Shown piece after piece: positions 36,761-48,499 of a stretch of 64,000 bases of DNA. The DNA lies in contig OX597814.1 of the NCBI GenBank assembly GCA_951406725.2, forward strand, positions 186,496,001 to 186,560,000. The letters are read 5' to 3'. Source of the DNA: Octopus vulgaris (taxonomy: Eukaryota). The notes beneath the pieces were generated by a model. It did no database searches. It was not told where the DNA came from and saw only the letters and a list, made by a program, of their open reading frames with translations. The position numbers and the translations under genes were made by a program. Position 1 is the first letter of the stretch, and the number at the start of each line of letters is the position of its first letter.

Positions 36761-36969
36761 TTAAAATTTTGATACTAATCTGTCTGAGACCATCTTTGGT
36801 CCTATGATACAAACTATATGTTATAAAGTGATCAACATTTCAAGGTAATTTATGTTCCAAACATCAACTTAATAATGACAAAGAAATTTTGCAAAATCCT
36901 TCATTATTTTCAAATTAATTGAAATAAAGCTAGTATATTTCAACAGAAATACAATGATAAAATGGTTAA
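36761..36969. mobile_element. piggyBac-like MITE (decayed)
   Basis: TTAA at both ends with weak terminal inverted similarity. Confidence 0.35.
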
Positions 36970-38075
36970 GACAAATGATAATTTCTAACTTCAAGGTAAG
37001 TAGTGTTGGTGTTTTGGTACTGATGAACAGAACTCATTTGTGAAAACAACATTGAGTAATGTCTCATTTCATAGCAGAGAAAGAGCACTGATATGGTATA
37101 TGGATAAATTTTATGCGAAAAGTGGAGTCATGTAAGTAAAAGTGGAGAAGGATTGGAACTGAGAAGGAAAAAAAGAACTGTTTGGTCTCAATGGAGAGAG
37201 AAAGAGGGGTATCTTTCAATATGTATTGTGGTGGAATGCTCTGCTGGGAAGCCTGAGTTTCAAATAGTTACAATTAGGTGAAACACGAAAGCAGGAAATT
37301 TTGAGTCTCAAACCAGACATGGTTAATGACTATTGATATGAAACCCCAAAATCTGGGTTTCATTGCAATTTTCAAAAGCAAAAGATGACTGTTGGATGTC
37401 TGATGAAAGGAAAGAACCTTTGTTGGTGATTTCTGTATTGTACTGCATAAGGTGATTATTTCCAACACGTTAAATATATTGAGCATAAGAGAGGTTTATT
37501 AATAACTCCTAAGGTCAGAAATACTAAAGTTCTTAAGGATAGGACATGTTTCCATATCTCAGTGTATGTATCAAGAGAGAGAGAGGGGGGGGATGAATAA
37601 TTAACATTTCGTTAGACCATATACTTTATGTTTGCCCTTCATACTGCTAAGCTCTCAAGCATGAAATAGAAGTAGTATTTATTTTTTAGATTGGCAAGTC
37701 AAGCAGAAGTATCATGTTTCGGCTTGGGACATAATACAGTAGTTGTAATAAGATTTCGAATGACGGTGCAGCCAATGAGTCAACAATCTATGGCCCACAG
37801 CCTTCTTTCATCTTGCCCTCTGACTGTAAAAATAAGACAGTGCAAACAAAATCTTTTGTTTTCCTTATCTATCTTTGATTAGAAAATAATAACATTCATT
37901 ATTAATTATGTAGTGGTTTCAAATGAACCATAGTTTTATATTAATACAAAGAAAAATTAAATTATTTCACTATGTTAAAAAAAATCAAAGTTTCTCCAGG
38001 TGCAATATTTAAGCATTAAATGTTTTCACTTTCTTAAATGGACAGAACAACAGAGACTAACAGTGTCTTCCATAC

Positions 38076-38310
38076 TGTAAGTGGTATCAAAAGGTTCCCA
38101 GACTAGTTCTGTAGTGTACCAACAGATGGCAGCACACAGTTGTGTGCACAAGGAAAGCTAGTAGTGACCTTCATGAGGCAGTGTGATGAATGACATTGCT
38201 GTGTTTATTTCGCAAGTTGTGAAATTTGTGTTTTTGTGATCACATGTATGCTGTAGTCTGCGATTTTATCATGGACAGAAACTATCTTATAGTATCTTCA
38301 AACCTTGTAT
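38076..38310 (+). mobile_element. Tc1/mariner-like MITE (decayed)
   Basis: Start gtaagtggtatcaaaaggttcccagactag resembles mariner-type termini; ends ccttgta. Confidence 0.4.
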
Positions 38311-38351
38311 CTAAAAAAAAAGCAGTTCATAATTGATCCAAATGAACTTAC

Positions 38352-38496
38352 CAATACTGTATCTTTCAGTCTAAACTTTTTAGCATCCTTACTTCGAGCA
38401 AATTTACATCCATTGAAATACATACTCCAAGAGCACCCGAAAGAAAAAGAAGCACCTCTTTTTTTTATATCCATACCTTGACAAGCACAGGTTTTT
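38352..38496 (-). CDS. TET: TET exon (145 bp): [48 protein letters not shown]
   Basis: ttcag| acceptor and |gtaagt donor. [22 protein letters not shown] is the conserved DNA-contacting loop region. Confidence 0.97.
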
Positions 38497-39332
38497 CTGA
38501 AGTAAAAGAAAAATGCAATAAGTAAATAGGACTACATAAATATGCTTTCATATTTAGATAAAACTATATTAGCAGTTGTAAGGTTAAGCGGTCAGCTTCA
38601 CAACCAGTCCAGAGTTCAATCCAATTATGCAATACTTTAAGCAAATGTCTTTTGCTATTGTCTTAGGATGACCAATACCTTGTGAGTGGAACTTGATAGA
38701 TAGAAAGTGTGAGGTTGCTCCGGTTTTAACACTTGATCTCAGATCAAGTTACTTGCCAGACAAGTACAACTACAATATATGCATGTGTAATATCATAGCC
38801 AAATGGTCTATAGTTGACACACGGTTCAATTCCTGTAGGTGATTCTGTTCCCTTTTTTCTATGTAAAGGGTTTTATCCCATACATTATGAGCCATTATTG
38901 CATATGAGCAATGTGTGTGTACATACACACAATCACATCTTATATTTACAAAGTTTCTCATATGCATTAATAGCTCATAATCTTTGGAGCAAAAACCTCT
39001 CACACAAAAAAGTGAACAAAAATTACATACCGGAATCAAACTACATGTTTACTGTTGACTAAATGGCCATGATATCACACAAAGCTGTATATGCACACAT
39101 ATGTGTGTATGTGTATATCTTTCATCAGTTTTGATCAGAAAAGGATATAAACTTGAGTGAGAAACAGAAAAACTGGTGACATTCCTTTGTTGCTCTCACC
39201 ATGAGAAATATAGTGAACCAGTGGAAACTCATAACTAATGTTACTATTTTCCACTAATTGCAAAATAAATATATCAGCCAAAACAGGATTTTTTTATCAT
39301 TTTAGGAAATGTGAATAGTTCTTAAATAGTAT

Positions 39333-39458
39333 TCTATTGTGTCTGGGGAGAGTCATTTTCTTTTTGTGCCTTATAATTTAACACACTCACTGGTAAAATT
39401 TCCACTTATTTCTTATTCTTATTTTCCTAAAATTTTCATTGTGTCTTGCAACCTTTTC
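39333..39458 (-). mobile_element. Short insertion with possible 8-bp TSD, possibly Penelope-like
   Basis: aatagtat at 39325-39332 and 39459-39466, hammerhead-like segment on the minus strand. Confidence 0.4.
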
Positions 39459-40127
39459 AATAGTATAGTAGTTATATAGAAATTCAGCTTAATTAACTGA
39501 ACAGATGTTCCATAACTGATAGGATCTATTTTCATTGTTGTTTCCAACTCTGACTGAACAAACAAATTCAAAGGCATTCCAACTATGATCATCCAACCAA
39601 TAAGAATATGTAGGACAAGATTCACCAATGTGTCACTTCCTTACTTAAGATAATTGTTTATGGTTTAAGAAAATTGACTACTGTTTCTACCAAGTGAAGC
39701 AGTCATTTACAACAGTGGTTCACAACCATATTTTTCATTTTTGGACCCCTACCCCTTTGATTTCTAATACATCAATGTATTATCAGTTCAGCTAAAGACA
39801 CTGTTCTTTTTTTTAATGGTTATGTCTGCAGGGAGAGATAGTATATGTGGGTTACTTCATTTAACATGAGAATTGTGAGCTTTTATGTGTGTGCACACAT
39901 ATATATAACTAAATATGTGTGTGCATGTGCACATGTACATGTGTATATATTATATATATAAAATCAGACAAAGTTTGATAAAGGCAAGAACACCAAAACA
40001 GCAAAGATATTGTCAACCCTTTCTTTGTAAAAGTTAATAAATGTTTACTCAACTAAAAAGAATTGAGTAATTCCTCAGTTTAATGTTAAAGTTCTTTTAC
40101 ATATAGCTTGACATTAAAACAAACATT

Positions 40128-40183
<56 letters not shown>

Positions 40184-40244
40184 TAGAAATGGTAAGACAA
40201 CAAAAGAATGAAAGAGACCTCGATATTGTGTAAATAGAGGAATT

Positions 40245-40370
40245 TATCTGTAAATATAATATGTGACAATTATTCAGTAGCCATGATAAAACTCCAAGTT
40301 TCAGATGTCGGGGCGGAAACTCGGAGTTTTATCATGGCTACCGAATAATTGTCACATACTATATTTACAG

Positions 40371-40373
<3 letters not shown>
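40245..40373. repeat. Near-perfect fold-back (58-bp arms) within a (TA)n tract
   Basis: tatctgtaaatat...aactccaagtttc / gaaactcggagtt...atatttacagata, 3 mismatches. Confidence 0.92.
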
Positions 40374-40401
<28 letters not shown>

Positions 40402-40402
40402 C

Positions 40403-40444
<42 letters not shown>

Positions 40445-40861
40445 TACACTGATCATCTGTTTTTTCCCATGCTAGCATGGTTTTGGATGGCAAGGTATCT
40501 GAGCTAAGGATTTATGGCTGGATGCTCTTCCTGTCACCAACCCATACCATATAAGGGAGTTTTTATTCCAGAAATCTTCGAAAGAGCAAAACAACCAGAC
40601 ATAATGCCAACAAAGAATGTCAGTAATATCACCATTACTTCACCACTCAATTGGTGGCAGTACATGAAATATCAACCTTTACATACATTCACACAAATCC
40701 ATGCATGTGCACACAAGCACTTACATAATAGGCATTCATTGATAGGCAGCTGTAAGATCACTGCTTTTTGTTTTAGTTACAGTTCAAGTCAGAGTTTTAG
40801 GTGTAAGTTAACTTGAGCATACTTGTAATAGTTACATACACTTGTATGTACATACAATTAC

Positions 40862-41333
40862 CCTGTGTTTGAGGAGACCTATTGAGTCAAGTACATCAAC
40901 ATCAAAAATCAATGGAAATTGCAGTTGTGTTCCCTGTGCCGGTGGCACGTAAAAAGCACCATTCGAACATGGCTGATGCCAGCACTGCCTTGACTAGCTT
41001 CCGTGCTAGTGCCACGTAAAAAGCACCATCCGAACATGGCCGATGCCAGTGCTGCCTTGACTGGCTTCTGTGCCGGTGGCACGTAAAAAGCACCAATCTG
41101 ATTGTGGCCATTGCCAGCCTCGCCTGGCACATAAAAAGCACCCACTACACTCACAGAGGGGTTGGCTTTAGGAAGGGCATCCAGCTGTAGAAACACTGCC
41201 AGATCAAACTAGAGCCTGGTGCAGCCTTCTGGCTTCCCAGATCCTGGTCAAACCGTCCAACCCATGCTAGCATGGAAAACGGAAGTTAAACGCTGATGAT
41301 GATGACGATGATGATGATGATGATGATGATGAT
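40862..41333 (+). mobile_element. Family B RTE 3' UTR copy with 67-bp tandem units
   Basis: Units start at 40936, 41003 and 41070; long (GAT)n tail. Confidence 0.88.
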
Positions 41334-41699
41334 GTACGTACCTATTGCATTACATCAGTAGATGGAATATTACCTGATCTTTCTCCCTATAAAAATACAC
41401 ACACATATAGTTAACATATTACTAAGTGTAACTCTTATTTTTATTCTCGAACAATTGTTGTTTAGATTTGATCTGTCCAAATCAAGCAAACCTAAAAACA
41501 AAGGTGTCCCGGTCATGGACTTAACTTTTATCAGACAGTGTATCAAGGAATTAATTATCCAATGTCTTCTGATTTTAAGATAATATGAAGTGATTCACAA
41601 TACTGCTACTCTAGCAGTTTGTGTGACTCCATAGAGTACCCCACTAACTACACTGGCTTCACTTTTTACAGCATTAGCTTATTTCTTGATAGTTTCTGT

Positions 41700-41945
41700 T
41701 GTAGATTAGTCCAGAGCAAGCCAAGTCAACAGACAGAATGGTCAAAGGCATTCCAGCTATGACCATCCTATCCCTTTAAGAGTATCTAGGACTACATTAT
41801 TAAACTACAGCTTAAAATCTCAAAGAGGAGAGAATACATTAAATAATGTATTCTTTCCTTTTTGAGACGATAAGGGGTAGTTTGAGAGATACTTGGTTGC
41901 TTTTTCTAGTAGGTTGAGCAACCACCTAGAGGCTCCATTGTTAGT
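41700..41945 (+). repeat. Ancient dispersed repeat (family G); related copies at ~1330-1470, 6760-6895, 39510-39700, 41440-41640, 44160-44390, 48390-48435
   Basis: Recurrent tcaaaggcattcc(a)gctatgaccatc ... ttttaagatggtaagg..tgatttgaaggaga ... gctatttctag. Confidence 0.6.
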
Positions 41946-42058
41946 TCAAAGGCTCCCATACTGATAATATGATACGGCATGGCTTCTCTACACTCAGACT
42001 GTTGTTAAGGCAACAGGTCACACAGACTGATATGAAAGCTAGTTACAAAATTACATAC

Positions 42059-42267
42059 TGTTCATTGTATCCACAGCGTCGATCAGTTTCTAAACCAAAC
42101 TCTGTCAATGTTGGCACTAGGTAGGAATACATCTCATTTGCTATGCTGTTTGGAATACCTTCCCAGGCTACAACGCATATTATGAGGCAAGCAGTTTCAC
42201 AAAAATGTCCCTGTCGGTGTCTGACAAGACAGAGAACTTTCTCTTCGACCCCAGATCTGCGGACAAT
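42059..42267 (-). CDS. TET: TET exon (209 bp): IVRRSGVEEKVLCLVRHRQGHFCE...WEGIP...TDRRCGYNEQ
   Basis: tttcag| acceptor and |gtatgt donor. Zn-binding His/Cys residues are present. It is the true coding part of ORF 42043..42624. Confidence 0.97.
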
Positions 42268-42677
42268 CTGAAAGTAAATGAAAGCAAAGCAAAAAATATT
42301 GTGGTGAGACAATAATAATATTACATGATTTCTGATTAACACTAAATGGTACATGTTATAGACGTTGTTAACTGTTATAACTGCTGGCACCAGTGTTATT
42401 TGTACTGATAGTATCAAAACTACTAATTGTAGTAGTAGTAGTGGTGGTGGTGGCGGTGGCGGCATCAGCAGCAGCAGCAGTAGCAGTAGTAGAGGAGGAA
42501 GAGGAGGTGGAGGGAAGATGATACTATAAGTATAAGAGGTACAAGTACCTCTTGTGAAGTTGTTATCAATACACTGATACCAATAAAATAAATACAGCAA
42601 GTGCTTGTATTGATAATGCATCACAACAACCTGATAAATTAAGAGATTATGATTGTACTAATCTGTTCGCTCTAAAC

Positions 42678-42945
42678 CAAGTGTTTTCAACTGGAGTTCA
42701 TACGGCCATTGGCGGGGGTCCATATAAGATTTTTTTTTTTTTGTTAAAATTTATGTGCAATGAATTTGGTTACATTTCTACAATACACAAAATATTTCAA
42801 CATATTTTTTTATACAATTCCTAATAATATTCAATTATAAAAATATAACAGGATTTTATTTAAACATCAAATGACAATGGGGGTCCAGTAGAGTAAAATA
42901 GAAATAAGAGGGGTCCATAGGCAAAAAAACGGTTGAGAACCACTG
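42678..42945. mobile_element. hAT (Charlie-like) MITE
   Basis: Ends caagtgttttcaac / ggttgagaaccactg. 8-bp TSD ctctaaac / atctaaac. Confidence 0.8.
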
Positions 42946-45277
42946 ATCTAAACTACAGTTTCTACTTAGAAGATGTAACTATTAAGTCAGCTCTGACATA
43001 AAGGAATTCACAGCTTTTAGAGGGCTTTGTTTTGTTTCTAGAAACTTCAGATGAGGTATGTTGGTTACAGGTGTAACTGCTTTAACTATAAGTTTACTTA
43101 CTCAGAGCTGACCTGAGACTAAACAACAATTTCCAGTCCACCTGCCTGTCCCTTACCCCTTAATTGTTTGCAGTCATCAAATTACCTAAATCTTTTGGTG
43201 CCCAACCATTATCTAAATCACAGGCCCAAATGACTTCCTAGCCTTTGCCTTTAGTGTGTCCCTTATTAGCTCTTGTTATAATCAAACTTTTCGATATCTT
43301 TTTTCCAAGTCTATTTAAACAAAAGGAATTTCTTGTAGAAAGTAGACACTTTTGATACAGTTAGCTACTGCTGAATCTTTCTTAACTCCAATATATTTTA
43401 CAGAATGCAGAACGTTGTTATTAATGATGAACTACAACATTTTAACTATTTCTCTTCCTTTAGTGACCATCAATACAGATACCAAATCATCAAATCCACT
43501 GGTATGATTTCTTTCTAATTCTATATAATGATTAAGTATAAAACTATGATCACATTAAAACTTCTACATTTGGAATTAGCAGAGCTTTTCACAAAATACA
43601 AAATAACTGCTGGCCAAACTTTCTTTCTATAACTAATTACAGTAGTGGTATGAGCAGTAGTAGTAGGAGGAAAGATACAGTACTAGTTTCTGTATATTTT
43701 CTGAAGTAGTACCAAAAACATTTACAGTAATAATGTATGTGTATATAGTTGTAATACCAGCAATATTTATAGCACTAGTACCAAATACTAACAGTACCAA
43801 TACTTAAATTCTCTTTCTAGTAAGTAGATTCACATGATACCTCCATTTTCATGAATAATTGCCAACTTTTCATGAACAATTGCCAAGCTATCCCAACACA
43901 CATAATATGGTTTCCTATCTCTAAACAATACTATATTCTTAATACTCTCAGAACAACATTAAATAACTTTGGTTTCTTCTTTAAGGAAAAAATATGTTTC
44001 ATACCTAGCATACAACACCCAGTCAAAAAGGGAACTTCTATGCAGTCACTTGAACAACTAGAAATTGACAACCATCTTTAAGTAAGGACACACTGGGTAG
44101 TCCTAGATATAGAATTAAGTGGGATGACTGAAAAAACCATTGATAATAGGTCTATTGTTGATTAGACCAGGTTGGCTTTGATCAAGAAGATATGTAGTCA
44201 AAGGCATTCCTACTATAATCATCATATTTTCTTTTATCAAACATAGGACTGCATTTACTGAATTTTCTTTTAAGATGGTAAGGTGTGATTTGAAGGAGAC
44301 ATACTATTATTTCTAGTGGGCTGACAGGGTGAGCCATCAATTAGAGACTCCCTCATTAACTACTCAGCCAGGGCTAATCTGAAGCTAAACAACCTTCATT
44401 ACTTGACATATCCCTGACATACACTAACTCCAAAATCTTTTTGTTTGACATAAATGCTATCGACTTCACTACTTTGTTTTGAGAAATCAAGTTGAGTTGT
44501 GTGCCAGTCTATGGACACAAGAATTAAATAATAAATCTTGGCTAGGATAAAATAACTCTGGTAGAATTAAGTTAAATTGATATTTTATTCTTGATAATAA
44601 CTTACTTAAACAAACTTGTGAGAATATAAATATACAGTAAATTAAGATAAAAATTCTCTATCTTATGATAGCACAGGGGAAAATATAATCATTGAAATGG
44701 TTTCTTAGTGTGTAACAATAAATAAAAATGCCATCAGTTCTTTTAGTCAGCTAATATATAATTATTAGGAGAGCATTTGTTCTGTAATGATGCCAGAGAT
44801 AGGAGTGTTCTACAGCATTAAGTTTCTGCTTAATTGTAAATATTCAATAATTCAAGGAAACAAATTAACTGCATCATAACTCACAAGTTAAGGTCTAGTC
44901 TTTCCAACCTGGGAAAATAATGATAAGACAATATTAAATGCTGGGCTATGGTAAACAAGTTTGCTTTCCAATCACATGGTTCCAGGTTCATTCCCTTTGC
45001 ATAGCACCTTGAGTATAACTTCATGTTAACTAAAGTCTTTTGAATGGAATTTGAGAGACAGAAGATGTGTAGAAGCCTGTTATATGTGTATAATGGCTAA
45101 AAATAAACACAGAAATACTTAGTGGTATTTATTCTATTCAAACTGCACAAACATTTATCACTTTGGAAATCTGAAATGCAATGAACCTATGAATGGCTCA
45201 TTGGAAATCTATAACCAATGATGATGTTGTTCACAAAATGTATGATACAAAAATTAATGATAAATAATTGTACTTAC

Positions 45278-45371
45278 CCACTTTGCAATTGGACAGCCCT
45301 GACTACTTTTGCCCTCCTTTCCAGTATAAATAATTTTCTCTACACGAACAGCCTCACCAAATAACCCAGTT
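45278..45371 (-). CDS. TET: TET exon (94 bp): [31 protein letters not shown]
   Basis: cag| acceptor and |gtaagt donor. [17 protein letters not shown] matches vertebrate TET2. Confidence 0.97.
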
Positions 45372-46285
45372 CTGTAGAAATGGCAAAGACGCAAATTGAA
45401 AACATACTCAATAATTTAATTATACTAAATTAATGTTTTTAAAGATACAGGTTAAGTATTAAAACATTAATTTTAATTCTTACATGACACAATGCAACTC
45501 ATTCACGTTTCTTTAAAAATTTTAGTATTTCCTAAGAATGTGATATATAATTGTGTATGTATATGTACATGCATGCATGTACATGTGTGTGTTTTTGTGT
45601 GCATGTGCTTGCACATGTATATGTGTTTAACAGTAACAGTAAAAAATACAAGTGAGAAATTTAAAGAAAATGTGTGAGCAGATGTATTTGTGGAGCAAAT
45701 AAGTAACAATATTTAAACATGTAGAATTATGAACACTTATGAATAATCTTTTTTACACTCAAAATAATTTATCATTAAATTCCAAATCTAACTATTGTAA
45801 ATGAAATCTTTAAAATTTCTAAAACCATCATCTTTAAAATTTGGCCACAGGTTTCTTTTGGCTGTAATTAAGTAAAAGAGTTAAAATAAGTAAACCCAAG
45901 AGTAACTACAAATACTAAAAGACTATTCAAATTACAATTGATACCATCTTAAATATTTCAATGTATAAGAATAATTTAAGGTGATAAATGAAGTAATTTG
46001 AAATTTGATAAATCATTACATTAGTCACGGAAAAAGAAGATTTTGTGCCTTTGGTGAGGATCTTTTTTTTTTTTTAAGCTATCTGTAATGTTGGCGATGT
46101 AATGGAAAAATGAGACAGGACAGAAAGTATTCTTCTTTCAGGAGGTGTCCATTTATATGTCTCTGTTCCAGAGTGGCTTGTAAATCAAGTGAATATTCAG
46201 ATCAAGGAATAGCTGTAACATGGTTTGTATTCACTACCCATACCTGATACCTAGGTCTCAGTATCTGTAGTTATAAGTACTCTAA

Positions 46286-46650
46286 TCTCTCAATATATAA
46301 ATGGCAAAATGTCTGTCTGTGTGTCGTTTATACAAATCCACAATTTTTCAGTTAGAGGGCTCGCACTTTCTATGGTCATTCAAAACCATCCAAGGGTGGT
46401 TGTGCACATCTTTACATTTCCCCAGTCACCTAGCAAAGCCATTAAAAAATCAATAGAAGTGATTTTTTTTGTGAATTTTCTATCCAAAACCCAATCAAAA
46501 TGCCCGAAACTTGATACGCCAATTGAATGCCAGCTAGCTGTATGTGACTGGTCGGAGATTTGGACAGTACTCGTGTGTATGTGCGCATGCATGCAGCTGT
46601 ATATGCATGCACTAGCAGTATGACCCGGCAACACCGGGTCATAGTGCTAG
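46286..46650 (+). mobile_element. Non-autonomous Helitron (family H2)
   Basis: a|TC start with tatataa and tgtctgtctg; hairpin tatgacccgg-caaca-ccgggtcata; CTAG|t end. Confidence 0.88.
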
Positions 46651-47499
46651 TTATAATATAAAGGACTTCAAATTTAGATTTTAAAGATATTTGTGTATTT
46701 AACCTAACATTTAATTGAAATATTTCAGATTTCTAATGGTTTAGGTTTTATTCAGATGCTCAAACCATAATATTAAAATATGAATTACTAATTGGGAAGG
46801 AATTTAAATTCTAAAGCAATCTTTTCAGAAACAAAAACAACACATTGTTTAGTTTTAAAAAAATAACTGAGACAGTACAGACACCAGTAAGTTAAACAAT
46901 GAGTGCTTGTATTTTCTGAAATGAATTAGTAAGAGAGACATGGTTACTGAGTGCTTGATACATGATTTACACTTCTGACTTCTAAGTTAATCTGATATTG
47001 CCATAGACAATGTTTTTTGTACTTAGTTACTTTCCATTATTCAACTCTATTCAGCTTGTCTAGCTCTCCAAAACATGCACCAATTCCACATTAGTTGTTG
47101 TCATTAGAGAGAATCAAAAGCAAATTAAAAACTGAAACAAAAATCAATCATTTATAAAAAATATAAACTGTTTGATCAGAAAATAAATATTTTCAGTTTG
47201 CATTTTGGACATTAATTTATCAATAAATATTTGTAACATTTTTGTAGAGAATCATGATTTAATAGCTTTTATAATTTTGTTTGAAAAGGAAATTTTATCT
47301 TCTTATTTTTATGATCTGAATTTAAACCATTTCAATTGACATCTGTGTCTTTGAGATTTTTCAAGAAGTTTAAAGAATGTTGAGAACAAAAAAACATAAG
47401 AAGCTGACAAACACAGCAAATACAGATGTTTTTAAGTTATAACTTCACTGTCAACATTCAACCACATTTGAAATTACCATTTGTTGTCATTATTGATGA

Positions 47500-47651
47500 T
47501 GTTCTGTGTTCAAATGCCATCATGGTCGACTTTGCCTTTCATCCTTTTGTGGTCGATAAATTAAGTACCAGTTGTGTACTGGGATCAATCTAATCGACTG
47601 GCCCCCTCCCTCCAAATTTCAGGCCTTGTGCATATAGTAGAAAAGATTATT
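47500..47651 (+). mobile_element. SINE family C variant (5'-truncated, different tail)
   Basis: gtcgactttgcctttcatcctttt..gtcgataaattaagtaccagtt, then aggccttgtgc..tagtagaaaagattatt. Confidence 0.75.
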
Positions 47652-47861
47652 GACATAATCTTATTGACAAAAGATTATTAACATCATTAGCAGCAGTAAC
47701 ACGTCTTAATAGATTTATCATTGCCATCTTCTCTACAATCATCTCTTCCTCTCTCTGCATTGAAAACCTGCATGAAAACTTATGAACTTTATTTTATTCT
47801 TATAATCTTTGTTTGCTTGTTGTTGCTTTTTTTTCTCAGAATCAGAATATTAATTACTTAC

Positions 47862-47952
47862 CGATTTTCCATTATCTTTTTCACTTCTTCTAATGAAGAC
47901 CCTGCTCCTAAGTGAGTATAAAAGGGCCCTTCAACAGCTTCACTAGGAACAT
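47862..47952 (-). CDS. TET: TET exon (91 bp): YVPSEAVEGPFYTHLGAGSSLEEVKKIMENR
   Basis: tag| acceptor and |gtaagt donor. EGPFYTHLGAG is a TET hallmark. Phases 1/2 fit the neighbouring exons. Confidence 0.96.
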
Positions 47953-48499
47953 CTAAGCATAAAAACAAAAGCAACACAGATAAGAAACAGTTTCAAACCA
48001 TTTTGTTAACAATGTTTTATACAAGAACTCACAAGCATTTATAGGGATATTTTTTTTTTAAACATCCAACACAGAAAAATACTTTATTTTCACTTTTAAT
48101 AAGAAATTTTTGTTAGAGTTCAGAGAAGTTTAAAACATTTCCCACCTTTATTGTAATTTTAGACTTCCCTTTAATATATATTTTCTGCAAATTCATGACA
48201 ACAACAATATGAATCTAAGTGAGTTGTATATTGTGTAAGATTTCACAAAAGGTTTTAATAACTACAAGAAGTATAGATAAGTAACCTAGTTAATCATTCT
48301 GCATTTGATAATACAGACTGATTGATTTTATATTGGAAAATAGACTTTACAGTCATTAGTTTATTACTTATTTAATTACCCCCAGGATGAGCACTGAACA
48401 GCAGACTTGTGATCAAAGGCAATCCTGTTGCAACCATTAGTGTGCTATGTGCTAAGTCATTTTATGGTTTAGTCAGAAGGAAGGGTTGTATACATGACC

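Noticed and set aside
37020-37066. CTGATGA-stem-GAAA, resembling a hammerhead core
   Set aside because: Stem II can form, but no compatible stem I/III with an NUH cleavage site was found.
42268-42624. N-terminal part of the 193-aa ORF (poly-Pro/Leu)
   Set aside because: Intronic trinucleotide repeats upstream of the real acceptor at 42267.
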